Shown: positions 27,437 to 36,126 of the stretch, piece by piece
Layout of the letters: every line of letters starts with the position of its first letter
Numbering within the stretch: the first letter of the stretch is position 1
From: Flavobacteriales bacterium
Lineage (GTDB): Bacteria; Bacteroidota; Bacteroidia; Palsa-965
Length of the DNA: 64,000 bases
Assembly (NCBI GenBank): GCA_040377305.1
Contig: JBEIPA010000003.1
Coordinates: 1 to 64,000, forward strand
Direction: 5' to 3'
Program-made: the position numbers and the translations under genes
The notes under the pieces: generated by a model
Seen by the model: only the letters and a program-made list of their open reading frames with translations
Database searches by the model: none
Told to the model about the DNA's origin: nothing

Positions 27437-28948
27437 TTGAGCAGTTTGAGCCATCTACTATCAAAGACTTCTTTTTTGCGCGGACAACAATGTCCAAAAG
27501 CCCTGTTCCTTTATAAATACTATCCGCATTTGCGCGATCCGATTTCTCCGGAGAAGCTTGCGATTTTTCGTAGAGGCAATGACGTTGGAATTCTTGCGCG
27601 ACAACTTTTTCCAGGTGGAGAAGATGCGACGGCGGGAATGAGCAGAAGAAACATTGATGCAGTTGGTCGCACACGCGATCTCATGGAAGCCGGCACAAAT
27701 GTGATTTACGAAGCAACTTTCGTACACAATGAAATTCTGGTGATGATCGACATTCTTGTTAAAGTCGATGATCGTTGGAAGATGTACGAAGTGAAAAGTG
27801 GCTTGCGTGTGAATCCGCATAACGTTACGGATGCTGCTTTGCAATTTGCCGTGGTGCGTGGTGCCGGAGTGAACTGCACGGAAGTGATGCTTGTTCACTT
27901 ACACCAGTATTACAAACGTCGCGGCGATTTGTTGCTGCACGATTTGTACAAGATGGTCGACATTACCGAAGATGCGCTTGCCTTGGAAGAATCGCTGCTC
28001 AAAATGGCAGAAGAGCAGAAACTCATTCTCGCGTTGCCACAAGCTCCGGAAGTTGCTATCGGTGGACGATGTTATTTACCGTACGAATGTGACTTCCGTG
28101 GACAGTGCTGGAAACAGTCGGACAGTCAGCAGTCAGGCAGTCAGCAGTTGTATAGTCCGTTCACACTTGCTGGTATTCCCAAATCAGAACAAGGACGGTT
28201 GTACGATGCAGGATATCACGACTACTCAACACTTCCTGCTGATGAAATAAATAATCTTCCAGTGATGACAGCATTGCAGGTTCGCACGGCGAAGAAGAAT
28301 GATCTTCACATTGATAAAGAATCGTTGCGCAGCTACATCAAATCGCTGGGTGAAGAGATGATGTTCGTTGACATCGAAAGCTTTCAACCTGCCATTCCGA
28401 GATACGAAGGAACTAGTCCGTTTGCACAATTGCCATTTGGATATTCGAATCATCATTTGAAGGCAGACGGAGCATTGTCGCAACATGTTTTCATTGCAGA
28501 ACCCGGATCAGATCCGCGCAAAGCATTCCTGTTCGATTTTCTTGAATCAACTGAAGGCGCATGTAAAATTCTCGCTTACGATGTAAGTGCGGAAAATCAG
28601 ATTCTCAAATTGCTTCGCAAATCATTCCCTGAATTTCAGAAGAAGATTGATGATCGGTTGTCGCGCATGGCCGATTTGATGCGACCGTTTTCAGCGGGAT
28701 GGTATCATTCGCCAAAGATGATGGGAAGTATTTCACTGAAGTATGTTCTTCCTGCATTGGCGCCCGATTTGAGTTACGATACGCTAGCAATCAAGAATGG
28801 AAATCATGCCATGGCAGTGTATGATGGGCTTGAAAAAGAAAACGATTTGTTTGCGCGAGCGGAGAAGTTGGATGCGTTGAAGGAGTATTGTACGCTGGAT
28901 ACGATGGCGATGGTGCGGATCTATGAGGTACTAAAAGCAGCTGTGTAA
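27437..28948 (+). CDS. DUF2779-domain protein (Cas4-like PD-(D/E)XK nuclease region plus RNase H-like C-terminal region)
   Basis: LSKT.F..G.QCPK, DIL...YEVKS, C..PYECDF...CW, FVDIE...AIP.Y.GT.PF.QLPF.YS, SISLKYVLPAL, YCTLDT; start TTG 27437 or 27446. Confidence 0.85.
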   Translation: MSSLSHLLSKTSFLRGQQCPKALFLYKYYPHLRDPISPEKLAIFRRGNDVGILARQLFPGGEDATAGMSRRNIDAVGRTRDLMEAGTNVIYEATFVHNEILVMIDILVKVDDRWKMYEVKSGLRVNPHNVTDAALQFAVVRGAGVNCTEVMLVHLHQYYKRRGDLLLHDLYKMVDITEDALALEESLLKMAEEQKLILALPQAPEVAIGGRCYLPYECDFRGQCWKQSDSQQSGSQQLYSPFTLAGIPKSEQGRLYDAGYHDYSTLPADEINNLPVMTALQVRTAKKNDLHIDKESLRSYIKSLGEEMMFVDIESFQPAIPRYEGTSPFAQLPFGYSNHHLKADGALSQHVFIAEPGSDPRKAFLFDFLESTEGACKILAYDVSAENQILKLLRKSFPEFQKKIDDRLSRMADLMRPFSAGWYHSPKMMGSISLKYVLPALAPDLSYDTLAIKNGNHAMAVYDGLEKENDLFARAEKLDALKEYCTLDTMAMVRIYEVLKAAV

Positions 28949-28949
28949 A

Positions 28950-28978
28950 GTTTCCGGTTTCCAGTTCCCTGTTTCCAG
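28950..28978 (+). repeat. Degenerate 7-mer tandem arm 1 nt after the stop codon
   Basis: gtttccg-gtttcca-gttccct-gtttcca. Confidence 0.7.
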
Positions 28979-29036
28979 ATCGTGAGAACCATGATTCAGG
29001 CTTTGTTGTGAGGCCCAGGATTTCCATGGTCATTTA

Positions 29037-29110
29037 ACTACAAAGGCGCCAAGGCGCAAAGGACCGCAAAGAAAAATAGTTTAGCCGTGCTCGCCGTGTC
29101 GCCGTGGTAA
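29037..29110. repeat. Two non-matching repeat arms facing each other
   Basis: actacaaag-gcgccaag-gcgcaaag-gaccgcaaag, then gccgtgctc-gccgtgtc-gccgtggtaa (end shared with the 27241 MITE TIR). Confidence 0.6.
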
Positions 29111-29283
29111 AGCAATTGAGCAACGCGAACTTATCAACTTATCCGATCTTAAACGTTTGTAAACGGCTTAGGAAAAAACAATTTCATATTCTTGCATCGA
29201 ATTAGTCTTATGGCGAGGTCAGATCGTTTCGACTTGCCTTCTTAACGACTTATTCACTTAACAACTTTATTATATGCAAGACT

Positions 29284-31299
29284 ATGGAACTGACACAAGA
29301 ACAAAAGGCGATCATCGCATCGGAGGGAAACATCCGCATTAACGCAGTTGCGGGTTCAGGAAAAACAACCACCATCATTGAGTACGCGCGCACACGGCCG
29401 AAGAAAAGCAAGATTCTCTATCTGGCTTTCAATAAATCGGTGAAGCTTGAAGCGGCGAAGAAATTTGACAAGCTCGGACTTACAAACGTGCGAGTCGAGA
29501 CGGCGCATTCACTGGCTTACAAGTACACGGTTATTCGCTTTAACTACAAAGTGCGTGTTGCGGGTTATCGTGCAACAGAACTAGTAGACATTCTCAAGAT
29601 GCGTCAACTCGGAGAACGTCACGCCGAGTACATTCTCGCCAATCACATTTTACGTTTCGCGGCATACTATTGCAATAGCGATGCACTGAAGCTGGAGGAA
29701 CTCGATTATCTCACCACCGTAAGCGACGCAAAAGCAAAATCGTTTGCACGGGCGAACTATCCGTTTCTGTTGAAGTACACTGCCGAATTTCTCCGCATGA
29801 TGAATAGCCGGGAGATTGAAGTCACACACGACTATTATCTCAAGAAATTTCAATTGCTCACACCGAAGATGAAATACGATTACATTCTCTTCGATGAAGG
29901 TCAGGATGCGTCACCTGCAATGCTCGACGTGTTCTTCAATCAGGATGCAACAAAAGTAATTGTTGGCGATCGGCACCAGCAGATTTATGGTTGGCGTTTC
30001 GCGGTGAATTCACTTGAAAAAGCAGATTACCAAACGTTCAATCTGAGTACGAGTTTTCGTTTTGATGAAAATGTGGCGAAGCTGGCGATGAGTGTGCTTA
30101 AATATAAATCGCACCTTTCAACGTCAGCCTTCGACTCCGCTCAGTCTGACAAGGTGCAGAAACAAGAGCAAGTCGTAATTATTGGAGCCGGTCAATTCAG
30201 AGAAATTAAATCGCGTGCAATTCTGGCAAGAACCAATCTCGGATTGTTGTTGAAAGCAATTGAGTATGTCACTGAAACGAAGAATGTAAAGAAGATTTAT
30301 TTCGAAGGCAACATCAATTCGTACACCTACGCGGAAGATGGAACATCGCTTTATGATGTGTTGAATCTTCACAATGGTCAGCGTGGTAGAATTCGTGATC
30401 GGTTGATTCAGCGCATGAAAGACATGAAGGAACTCGAGCAGTTTATTGAGAAGACGGGCGATCCGCAATTGGGAATGATGGTGGAGATTGTAGAGCAGTA
30501 TGGCGATCGCATTCCGGGAATTCTGGCAAAGATCAAATCGCTGCATGTGGAGAATGAGAAACGGGAAGAAGCAGAGATGATTTTTTCAACGGTACATCGT
30601 TGCAAAGGATTAGAGTATGATCAGATTGAACTGGTGAATGATTTTATAAAGGAGGATAATATCATAAAACAGAAAACGGATCCGAAGAAGAAAGAAGTCA
30701 TGGACGTTCCAAAGCTCACCGAAGAGATCAATCTGCTTTACGTTGCAGCTACGCGGGCGAAGGTGAAGATTATCGTGGACAAGGAAACGTTGCCGAAGGA
30801 GTTTGATGTGACGGAGAATATTGGGCCGAAGGCTATAGACGATTCCTCCTTGTCGCCTTCGACTCCGCATTTGTCGCCTTCGACTCCGCTCAGTCTGACA
30901 AATTCACCATACCATGCGTTGCCTGAGGATATTGAAGATGATGATGAGGAGTTTGAGCGCGAGCTGGAACGACGGGACAACGATCGTTTCATGGAGAAGA
31001 AAGTCGGATATAGTTATGGTCGGTATGGCCGTTCTGGAAAGTATGAAGACTTGCGGCAGGAACTCGAAATGATGCATGGTCGTCCTGCAGCGAAACGTAA
31101 GATGCCAGAAGATCTTGTCGAAGCAGCGCGGAAGACCAACAAGAATGCATTCGCTCCGTGGACTGAACAACTCGAAGTTGAATTGAAACAGAAATATGAA
31201 AGCGGAAAATCAATTGCGGAGATCGCTGCGGAGATGGGAAGATCGAAGTGGGCGATTGAAGCGAGATTGGAAAAAATGAATCTTAAAAAAGCATCGTGA
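29284..31299 (+). CDS. UvrD/Rep-type SF1 helicase (FBH1-like) with C-terminal HTH-like tail
   Basis: AVAGSGKTT, YLAFNK, DEGQD, VGDRHQQIY, SFRF, STVHRCKGLEY, LLYVAATRA; tail WT...GKSIAEIAAEMGRS..AIEARL. Confidence 0.9.
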   Translation: MELTQEQKAIIASEGNIRINAVAGSGKTTTIIEYARTRPKKSKILYLAFNKSVKLEAAKKFDKLGLTNVRVETAHSLAYKYTVIRFNYKVRVAGYRATELVDILKMRQLGERHAEYILANHILRFAAYYCNSDALKLEELDYLTTVSDAKAKSFARANYPFLLKYTAEFLRMMNSREIEVTHDYYLKKFQLLTPKMKYDYILFDEGQDASPAMLDVFFNQDATKVIVGDRHQQIYGWRFAVNSLEKADYQTFNLSTSFRFDENVAKLAMSVLKYKSHLSTSAFDSAQSDKVQKQEQVVIIGAGQFREIKSRAILARTNLGLLLKAIEYVTETKNVKKIYFEGNINSYTYAEDGTSLYDVLNLHNGQRGRIRDRLIQRMKDMKELEQFIEKTGDPQLGMMVEIVEQYGDRIPGILAKIKSLHVENEKREEAEMIFSTVHRCKGLEYDQIELVNDFIKEDNIIKQKTDPKKKEVMDVPKLTEEINLLYVAATRAKVKIIVDKETLPKEFDVTENIGPKAIDDSSLSPSTPHLSPSTPLSLTNSPYHALPEDIEDDDEEFERELERRDNDRFMEKKVGYSYGRYGRSGKYEDLRQELEMMHGRPAAKRKMPEDLVEAARKTNKNAFAPWTEQLEVELKQKYESGKSIAEIAAEMGRSKWAIEARLEKMNLKKAS

Positions 31300-32114
31300 T
31301 GAAAACAAATGGAAATTTCCACCGAAACGTGTATGATGACCTCGCGAAAATCCACAAAGAATGTGCAGGTCAACCGAATCTTGTGCGACTGGAATATTTA
31401 TACTACTGTCAGAATGATTTGAAGGGTGAAGAACTGGTTGAAGACCTTGAAAAGCTCAACTACGAAGGTGAGGTCGATGCAACTGGTCGTAAGTGTGATT
31501 GTGCACGGGTTTATGGGAAAACGGATTGGATAACGAACGACGAGGAGACCATCAAAAAGTGGTACCGAGAAATGAAGGATGTGGGTTGGTACTTTGAATG
31601 CGACTTTAGTTGTTATAGCGTCACTGAGGATCGACTGGTGAGCATGGAGAATATTCTCGATAATACGCAAGTTGTGAACGAGACGAAGTTTGAAATCGGG
31701 AAAGAGGTGCAGGCTTGCGCAACACCAATGGTCATGGAAATTCTACGCAGGTTTGGCGAAGAACAGGGTGCTGAACTGGTGCTCGAATTCTTTTTCTATA
31801 CGAACGAGAGATCGAAAGCAGAAAGCCTGGAGGTAGAACTTAAAAAGTTCGGTTACAACGTATTTGTTCTTGAAGACAAGAAGACGGAAAGGGAATTGAA
31901 GTTCTCGATCACTGGTCAAACAATTCCGTTACCCAACGAGGATGATGTGATTGAAAAGTGGGCTGTTAAAATGAATGAGCTCGGTTTCATTCATGATTGC
32001 GAGTTTGACGGTTGGGGAACGCCAATGACAAATGGAGGCTGGTTCAGCGATGATACACCCGATGAAATCATTCGAAAGCGATTGGGATTGCCACCGAGGG
32101 AGAATGAGGAGTAA
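31299..32114 (+). CDS. RraB-like (ribonuclease E inhibitor-type) domain protein with two copies of the domain
   Basis: C-half LEFFFYT...KAESL..EL...GY...W...M..LG..HDCEFDGWGT; TGATG overlap with the helicase stop. Confidence 0.7.
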   Translation: MKTNGNFHRNVYDDLAKIHKECAGQPNLVRLEYLYYCQNDLKGEELVEDLEKLNYEGEVDATGRKCDCARVYGKTDWITNDEETIKKWYREMKDVGWYFECDFSCYSVTEDRLVSMENILDNTQVVNETKFEIGKEVQACATPMVMEILRRFGEEQGAELVLEFFFYTNERSKAESLEVELKKFGYNVFVLEDKKTERELKFSITGQTIPLPNEDDVIEKWAVKMNELGFIHDCEFDGWGTPMTNGGWFSDDTPDEIIRKRLGLPPRENEE

Positions 32115-32207
32115 GGAAACGTAGTCGCAATTCACCCGCATTCAGTCGCATTCTCCGTGTGTTGTTTTGTTTGTTGGTATAACTTTGTCGGACCTAATAC
32201 TAACCTT

Positions 32208-32735
32208 ATGCTCATCACATTCTCAATCATTGGTGGAATCATCGTTCTCGTTTTGCTCATCGGCGTTCTAACTCCGGGAGATGTAAAAATTGAAGACACG
32301 ATTGTCATCAACAAACCAATTGATCAGGTTTTCGATTACATCCGTCACATGAAGAATCAGGACAAGTACAGTACCTGGAACATGATGGATCCGGAGATGA
32401 AGAAAGAGTATTCCGGTACCGACGGACAAGTTGGTTTCGTTTACAAATGGGACAGCAATAAAGTGAAGAATGTTGGCGCGGGCGAACAGGAGATCAAATC
32501 CATTACTCCCAACAAAAGCATGGAAATGGAATTGCGTTTTACGCGTCCGATGCAGGATGTGGCACACTCAAAATTCGTTACGGAATTGGTCGCGACGAAC
32601 CAGACGAAAGTCATGTGGGGCTTCTACAGCAAAATGAAGTTTCCGATGACGATTATGAAACCGCTACTGACTGGGATGTTACGTAAGGCGTTGGTGACTG
32701 GATTGCAGAATCTGAAGAAGGAAGTGGAGAAGTAG
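32208..32735 (+). CDS. SRPBCC family (polyketide cyclase-like) protein
   Basis: IVINKP...VFDY, W...DP.MKKEYSGTDG.VGF.Y.W, GAGEQEI, GLQNLK; TAACTTTG at 32180-32187. Confidence 0.85.
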   Translation: MLITFSIIGGIIVLVLLIGVLTPGDVKIEDTIVINKPIDQVFDYIRHMKNQDKYSTWNMMDPEMKKEYSGTDGQVGFVYKWDSNKVKNVGAGEQEIKSITPNKSMEMELRFTRPMQDVAHSKFVTELVATNQTKVMWGFYSKMKFPMTIMKPLLTGMLRKALVTGLQNLKKEVEK

Positions 32736-32760
32736 CAAATCAATACCGCTGGTAATTTTT

Positions 32761-32876
32761 ACCACGAAGTACACAAAGACACGAAGAAAATGACCTTGGC
32801 GTTTTGGCGTCTTGGCGGTAGAAATTACCATCGCACATGAACAACGAAAACTTTGTGCCTTTGTGAACTTTGTGGT
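32761..32876. repeat. Inverted 8/9-mer element with a nested arm of a second family
   Basis: accacgaagtacacaaagacacgaag ... ctttgtgcctttgtgaactttgtggt enclosing cttggcgttttggcgtcttggcggt (32795-32819). Confidence 0.82.
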
Positions 32877-32892
32877 CAATATTCAAGTGACG

Positions 32893-33864
32893 CTAAACCT
32901 GCTTATTGTATTTGTTCCGATACTCCACAGGCGTTAGTCCCGTAATTTTCTTGAATACCGTTCGGAACGCTTTCGTATCTGTGTAGCCCACATCAAACAT
33001 CACTTCCGAAATATTCTTCCGGCTCGATTCGAAACTTCTCTTTGCTGCTTCGATCTTCACGCGTTGAACATATTCCGTTACTGAGTTGTTCGTTGCTTTA
33101 CGGAATCGTCGTTCGAAGTTTCTGCGACCGACACCGAATTTGTCGGCAAGTTCATCGACAGTAAATTTTTCAGAGAAATTTTCTTCGATAAACTCCTGCG
33201 CTTTCAAAACATCCGCATCGGCGTGATTTTTCTGCCCCTGAAAAAGCATAAACGCTTGCTGACTATCGCGATCGATGTCAATCGCAAAATATTTCGACGC
33301 GAGAATAGCTGTATCGCGGTCGGTGTATTTCTCCACGAGATAGAGCAGAAGATTCCAATACGAATTCGCACCACCGCTGGAGTAGATACGATCTTCTTCC
33401 GTGATGATGCTACCGTCGACTAGCTCAACATCAGGAAACATCGCACGAAACTCATTCGCAAATCCCCAATGTGTCGAACATTTCTTGTTGTTGACCAAAC
33501 CGGTTTGTGCAAGATGAAATGCTCCAATGCACAATGACGCAAGTTCTGAGCCATTCGCATATTGTTCGCGCAACCAGGGATAGAGTTCCTTGTTCTTCTC
33601 GATCATGGTTGGTATGTCGCCCTTTGTTGGTGGAATGAAAATGAGATCTGTTTTGCCAACTTCACCAATGAGTTTTTCTGTATGAACGGAAAATACACTG
33701 CCGTCCAGCTTCACATCACGTTTTACGCCTACGAGTTCCACCTTGAAAAAAGGTTCGCGCCCTTGTGCACGCAGAAAATCGTTTACGGTATTAAATAGAT
33801 AATGAGGATCAGCGACGGCTTCAATTACTGCTCCTTCCGGCACAAGTATGCTCACGTTTTTCAT
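32893..33864 (-). CDS. GlxA family transcriptional regulator (DJ-1/PfpI plus AraC HTH)
   Basis: ASLCIGAF.LA.TGL, STHW, YSSGG, RNFERRF, VGY.D..AFR.VFKK.TGLTP.EYR. Confidence 0.92.
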   Translation of the reverse strand: MKNVSILVPEGAVIEAVADPHYLFNTVNDFLRAQGREPFFKVELVGVKRDVKLDGSVFSVHTEKLIGEVGKTDLIFIPPTKGDIPTMIEKNKELYPWLREQYANGSELASLCIGAFHLAQTGLVNNKKCSTHWGFANEFRAMFPDVELVDGSIITEEDRIYSSGGANSYWNLLLYLVEKYTDRDTAILASKYFAIDIDRDSQQAFMLFQGQKNHADADVLKAQEFIEENFSEKFTVDELADKFGVGRRNFERRFRKATNNSVTEYVQRVKIEAAKRSFESSRKNISEVMFDVGYTDTKAFRTVFKKITGLTPVEYRNKYNKQV

Positions 33865-33992
33865 GCGACTAAGGTAGCGGAGGAGTTTGTCGCAAACAAC
33901 CCCAGAGATGGTCGTTTTTGCACCCGTTAGGTGTAGTTTTGTTGGTGCATATTTGCAATGTCGGGTTCATTGGTCCACTATCCAGACCCGAC

Positions 33993-34114
33993 GATTAGTT
34001 GATTAGTTGAAATGCCGATTAGTAGATGGTATTATTTGATAATCTATGTTCGCGAGTGAACTCAATAGTAAACAACATCATCAACTAATCAACTAATTTG
34101 CATATCAACTAATC
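33993..34114. repeat. Inverted 8-mer (GATTAGTT/AACTAATC) arms upstream of the VOC gene
   Basis: gattagtt-gattagtt...gattagta versus tcaactaatcaactaat...tcaactaatc. Confidence 0.72.
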
Positions 34115-34123
34115 TTTTTCACT

Positions 34124-34531
34124 ATGTCACGCCAAATCTTCGTCAACCTACCCGTAAAGGACCTTAACAAGTCGATTGAATTCTTTGCTAAACTGGGATT
34201 CACTTTCAATCCGCAATTCACAGATGAAACTGCGACGTGCATGATCATTGCAGATAACATATTTGCGATGCTACTCACGCATGCTCGATTTAAAGATTTC
34301 ACAGATAAAGAAATTGCGGACTCACATAAAACCATTCAGGTTATCAATGCACTTTCTGCAGAGAGTAGAGAGCAGGTGGATGAAATCGTGACGAAAGCGC
34401 TAGCAGGAGGTGGATCCGAACCGAAACCTGCACAGGATCACGGCTGGATGTACATTCGTCAAATTCACGATCTCGATGGACACGCGTGGGAGTTTGCATA
34501 TATGGATGCGAGTCAGATTCCAAATCAGTAA
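34124..34531 (+). CDS. VOC/glyoxalase family protein
   Basis: IFVNLPVKDL..S..FF..LGF.FNPQFTDE, QDHGWMY...DLDGH.WE. Confidence 0.9.
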   Translation: MSRQIFVNLPVKDLNKSIEFFAKLGFTFNPQFTDETATCMIIADNIFAMLLTHARFKDFTDKEIADSHKTIQVINALSAESREQVDEIVTKALAGGGSEPKPAQDHGWMYIRQIHDLDGHAWEFAYMDASQIPNQ

Positions 34532-34538
34532 ATCTGGG

Positions 34539-34609
34539 TGTCATTCCTCGGTACAGCGCTGTTGTATGTCAAGCTGCTCCGCAGATTTCTCAGCTTACTC
34601 GGTCTGACA
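34539..34609. repeat. REP-like doublet (TGTCA...TGACA ends)
   Basis: tgtcattcctcggtacagc ... gatttctcagcttactcggtctgaca; right end related to cttcgactccgctcagtctgaca. Confidence 0.55.
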
Positions 34610-34665
34610 ACGCACCAAAGGCAATCAGCTAATCAGAAATTAGAAATCAGCTAATCAATCACAGC

Positions 34666-35091
34666 ATGGAAACGAACACCACACCTCAAGTAATAACCGT
34701 AGAGGCAACAGTAAGTGCTCCCGTAGATAAAGTATGGGATAACTACAATAATCCTGATCACGTGACGAAATGGAATTTTGCTGCTGACGACTGGCAGTGT
34801 CCCTGGGCGAAATCAGATTTTCGTGTGGGAGGAGAATTTACATCGCGCATGGAAGCGAAGGATGGAAGTTTCGGATTTGAGTTCGGCGCGACGTATACAG
34901 AGATCGAAACGAATAAACGAATTTCTTATGTGATGGCTGATGGTCGCAAGTGCACCGTGTCGTTTCTGCCGATTGGAAATACAACGCACGTGGTTGTAGT
35001 TTTCGATGCGGAATCACAGAACCCGGTGGAATTGCAAAAGGGTGGATGGCAAGCTATTCTCAACAACTTTAAGAAGTATTCTGAACAATAA
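34666..35091 (+). CDS. SRPBCC / Aha1-like domain protein
   Basis: APVDKVW, WNFAADDW.CP, RMEAKDGSFGF, GWQAILNNFKKY. Confidence 0.9.
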   Translation: METNTTPQVITVEATVSAPVDKVWDNYNNPDHVTKWNFAADDWQCPWAKSDFRVGGEFTSRMEAKDGSFGFEFGATYTEIETNKRISYVMADGRKCTVSFLPIGNTTHVVVVFDAESQNPVELQKGGWQAILNNFKKYSEQ

Positions 35092-35097
35092 ATATTC

Positions 35098-35255
35098 ACC
35101 ACATAGAATCATAGTTCGTTGTGTTTATGTTGGGCGAAAGAGGTACATAGTTCACAATAGTTAAATCGCACCGTGATAATCTCCTGTGAACTATGACGGG
35201 CCGCTCAGCGGACGCGCTTAGAAAACAAAGATTATTTTCTATGATCCTATGTGGT
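35098..35255. mobile_element. 158-bp MITE-like element, copy 2 (inverted relative to 25875-26034)
   Basis: accacatagaatcatag...gttgggcgaaagag.tacatagttcaca...tctcctgtgaactatgacgggccgc...gcttagaaaacaa...ctatgatcctatgtggt. Confidence 0.8.
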
Positions 35256-35271
35256 AAAAAAACAGATCAAA

Positions 35272-35700
35272 ATGACAACACAAAAAATTACACCCTTCAT
35301 GTGGTTCGAAAAGGACGGTGAAGAAGCAGCAAAGTACTATTGCAGCATTTTCAGGAATTCGAAAATCATTACAACGAACGCGTGGGTAACGCAGTTTGAA
35401 CTCGAAGGATTGACACTTTGTATACTCAGTGGCGGACCACAATTCAAACTCGACGAAGCATTCTCGCTTTCCATTCCCTGTGATACTCAGGAGGAGATCG
35501 ATTACTATTGGAACCGATTTGTTGGTGACGGAGGAGAGGAAAGTATGTGTGGATGGTGTAAAGACAAGTATGGAGTCTCGTGGCAGGTGGTTCCTGCAAA
35601 GCTGAGCGCGTTCATGAGCGATCCGGTGAAAGGAGAGCGCGTGATGGCTTCATTCATGAAAATGAAGAAGATGATTATTGCAGACCTTGACATTGATTAA
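35272..35700 (+). CDS. VOC family protein (PhnB / 3-demethylubiquinone methyltransferase-like)
   Basis: KITPFMWF..EEAA.YY.SIF, CDTQEEIDYYW, CGWCKDKYGVSWQVVP. Confidence 0.9.
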   Translation: MTTQKITPFMWFEKDGEEAAKYYCSIFRNSKIITTNAWVTQFELEGLTLCILSGGPQFKLDEAFSLSIPCDTQEEIDYYWNRFVGDGGEESMCGWCKDKYGVSWQVVPAKLSAFMSDPVKGERVMASFMKMKKMIIADLDID

Positions 35701-35701
35701 T

Positions 35702-36115
35702 ATGAGTGTGATACAATCCTATTTAACATTCAGTGGAAATTGCAGAGAGGCGATGAATTTTTATCGCGACTGTTTGGGTGGCGAACTTTTTTTTCAAACG
35801 ATAGGAGAATCTCCGCTCGCTGAAAAGATGCCGGAGAAGATGCGTGAAATGATTCTGCATTCTTCACTGGAGAATGGTCCCCTTGTATTGATGGGCAGCG
35901 ACATGGTTCCCGATTCAGGATTAAAAAAGGGAAATGCCGTTTCGCTTTCACTGATGTGCGAGAGCGCAGAAGAAATGCGAGAAAGCTTCAGGAAACTCAG
36001 CGAAGACGGACAACCTACACATCCGATTGAAGAGACATTTTTCGGTGGACTACTTGGTGGCTTAACTGATAAATACGGGAATAACTGGTTGTTACATTAC
36101 GAAGCGAAAGTTTAA
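35702..36115 (+). CDS. VOC family protein (PhnB-like)
   Basis: YLTFSGNCREAMNFY...LGG, ILHSSL, LMGSD, LTDKYGNNW. Confidence 0.9.
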   Translation: MSVIQSYLTFSGNCREAMNFYRDCLGGELFFQTIGESPLAEKMPEKMREMILHSSLENGPLVLMGSDMVPDSGLKKGNAVSLSLMCESAEEMRESFRKLSEDGQPTHPIEETFFGGLLGGLTDKYGNNWLLHYEAKV

Positions 36116-36126
36116 CCGCAAATTGA

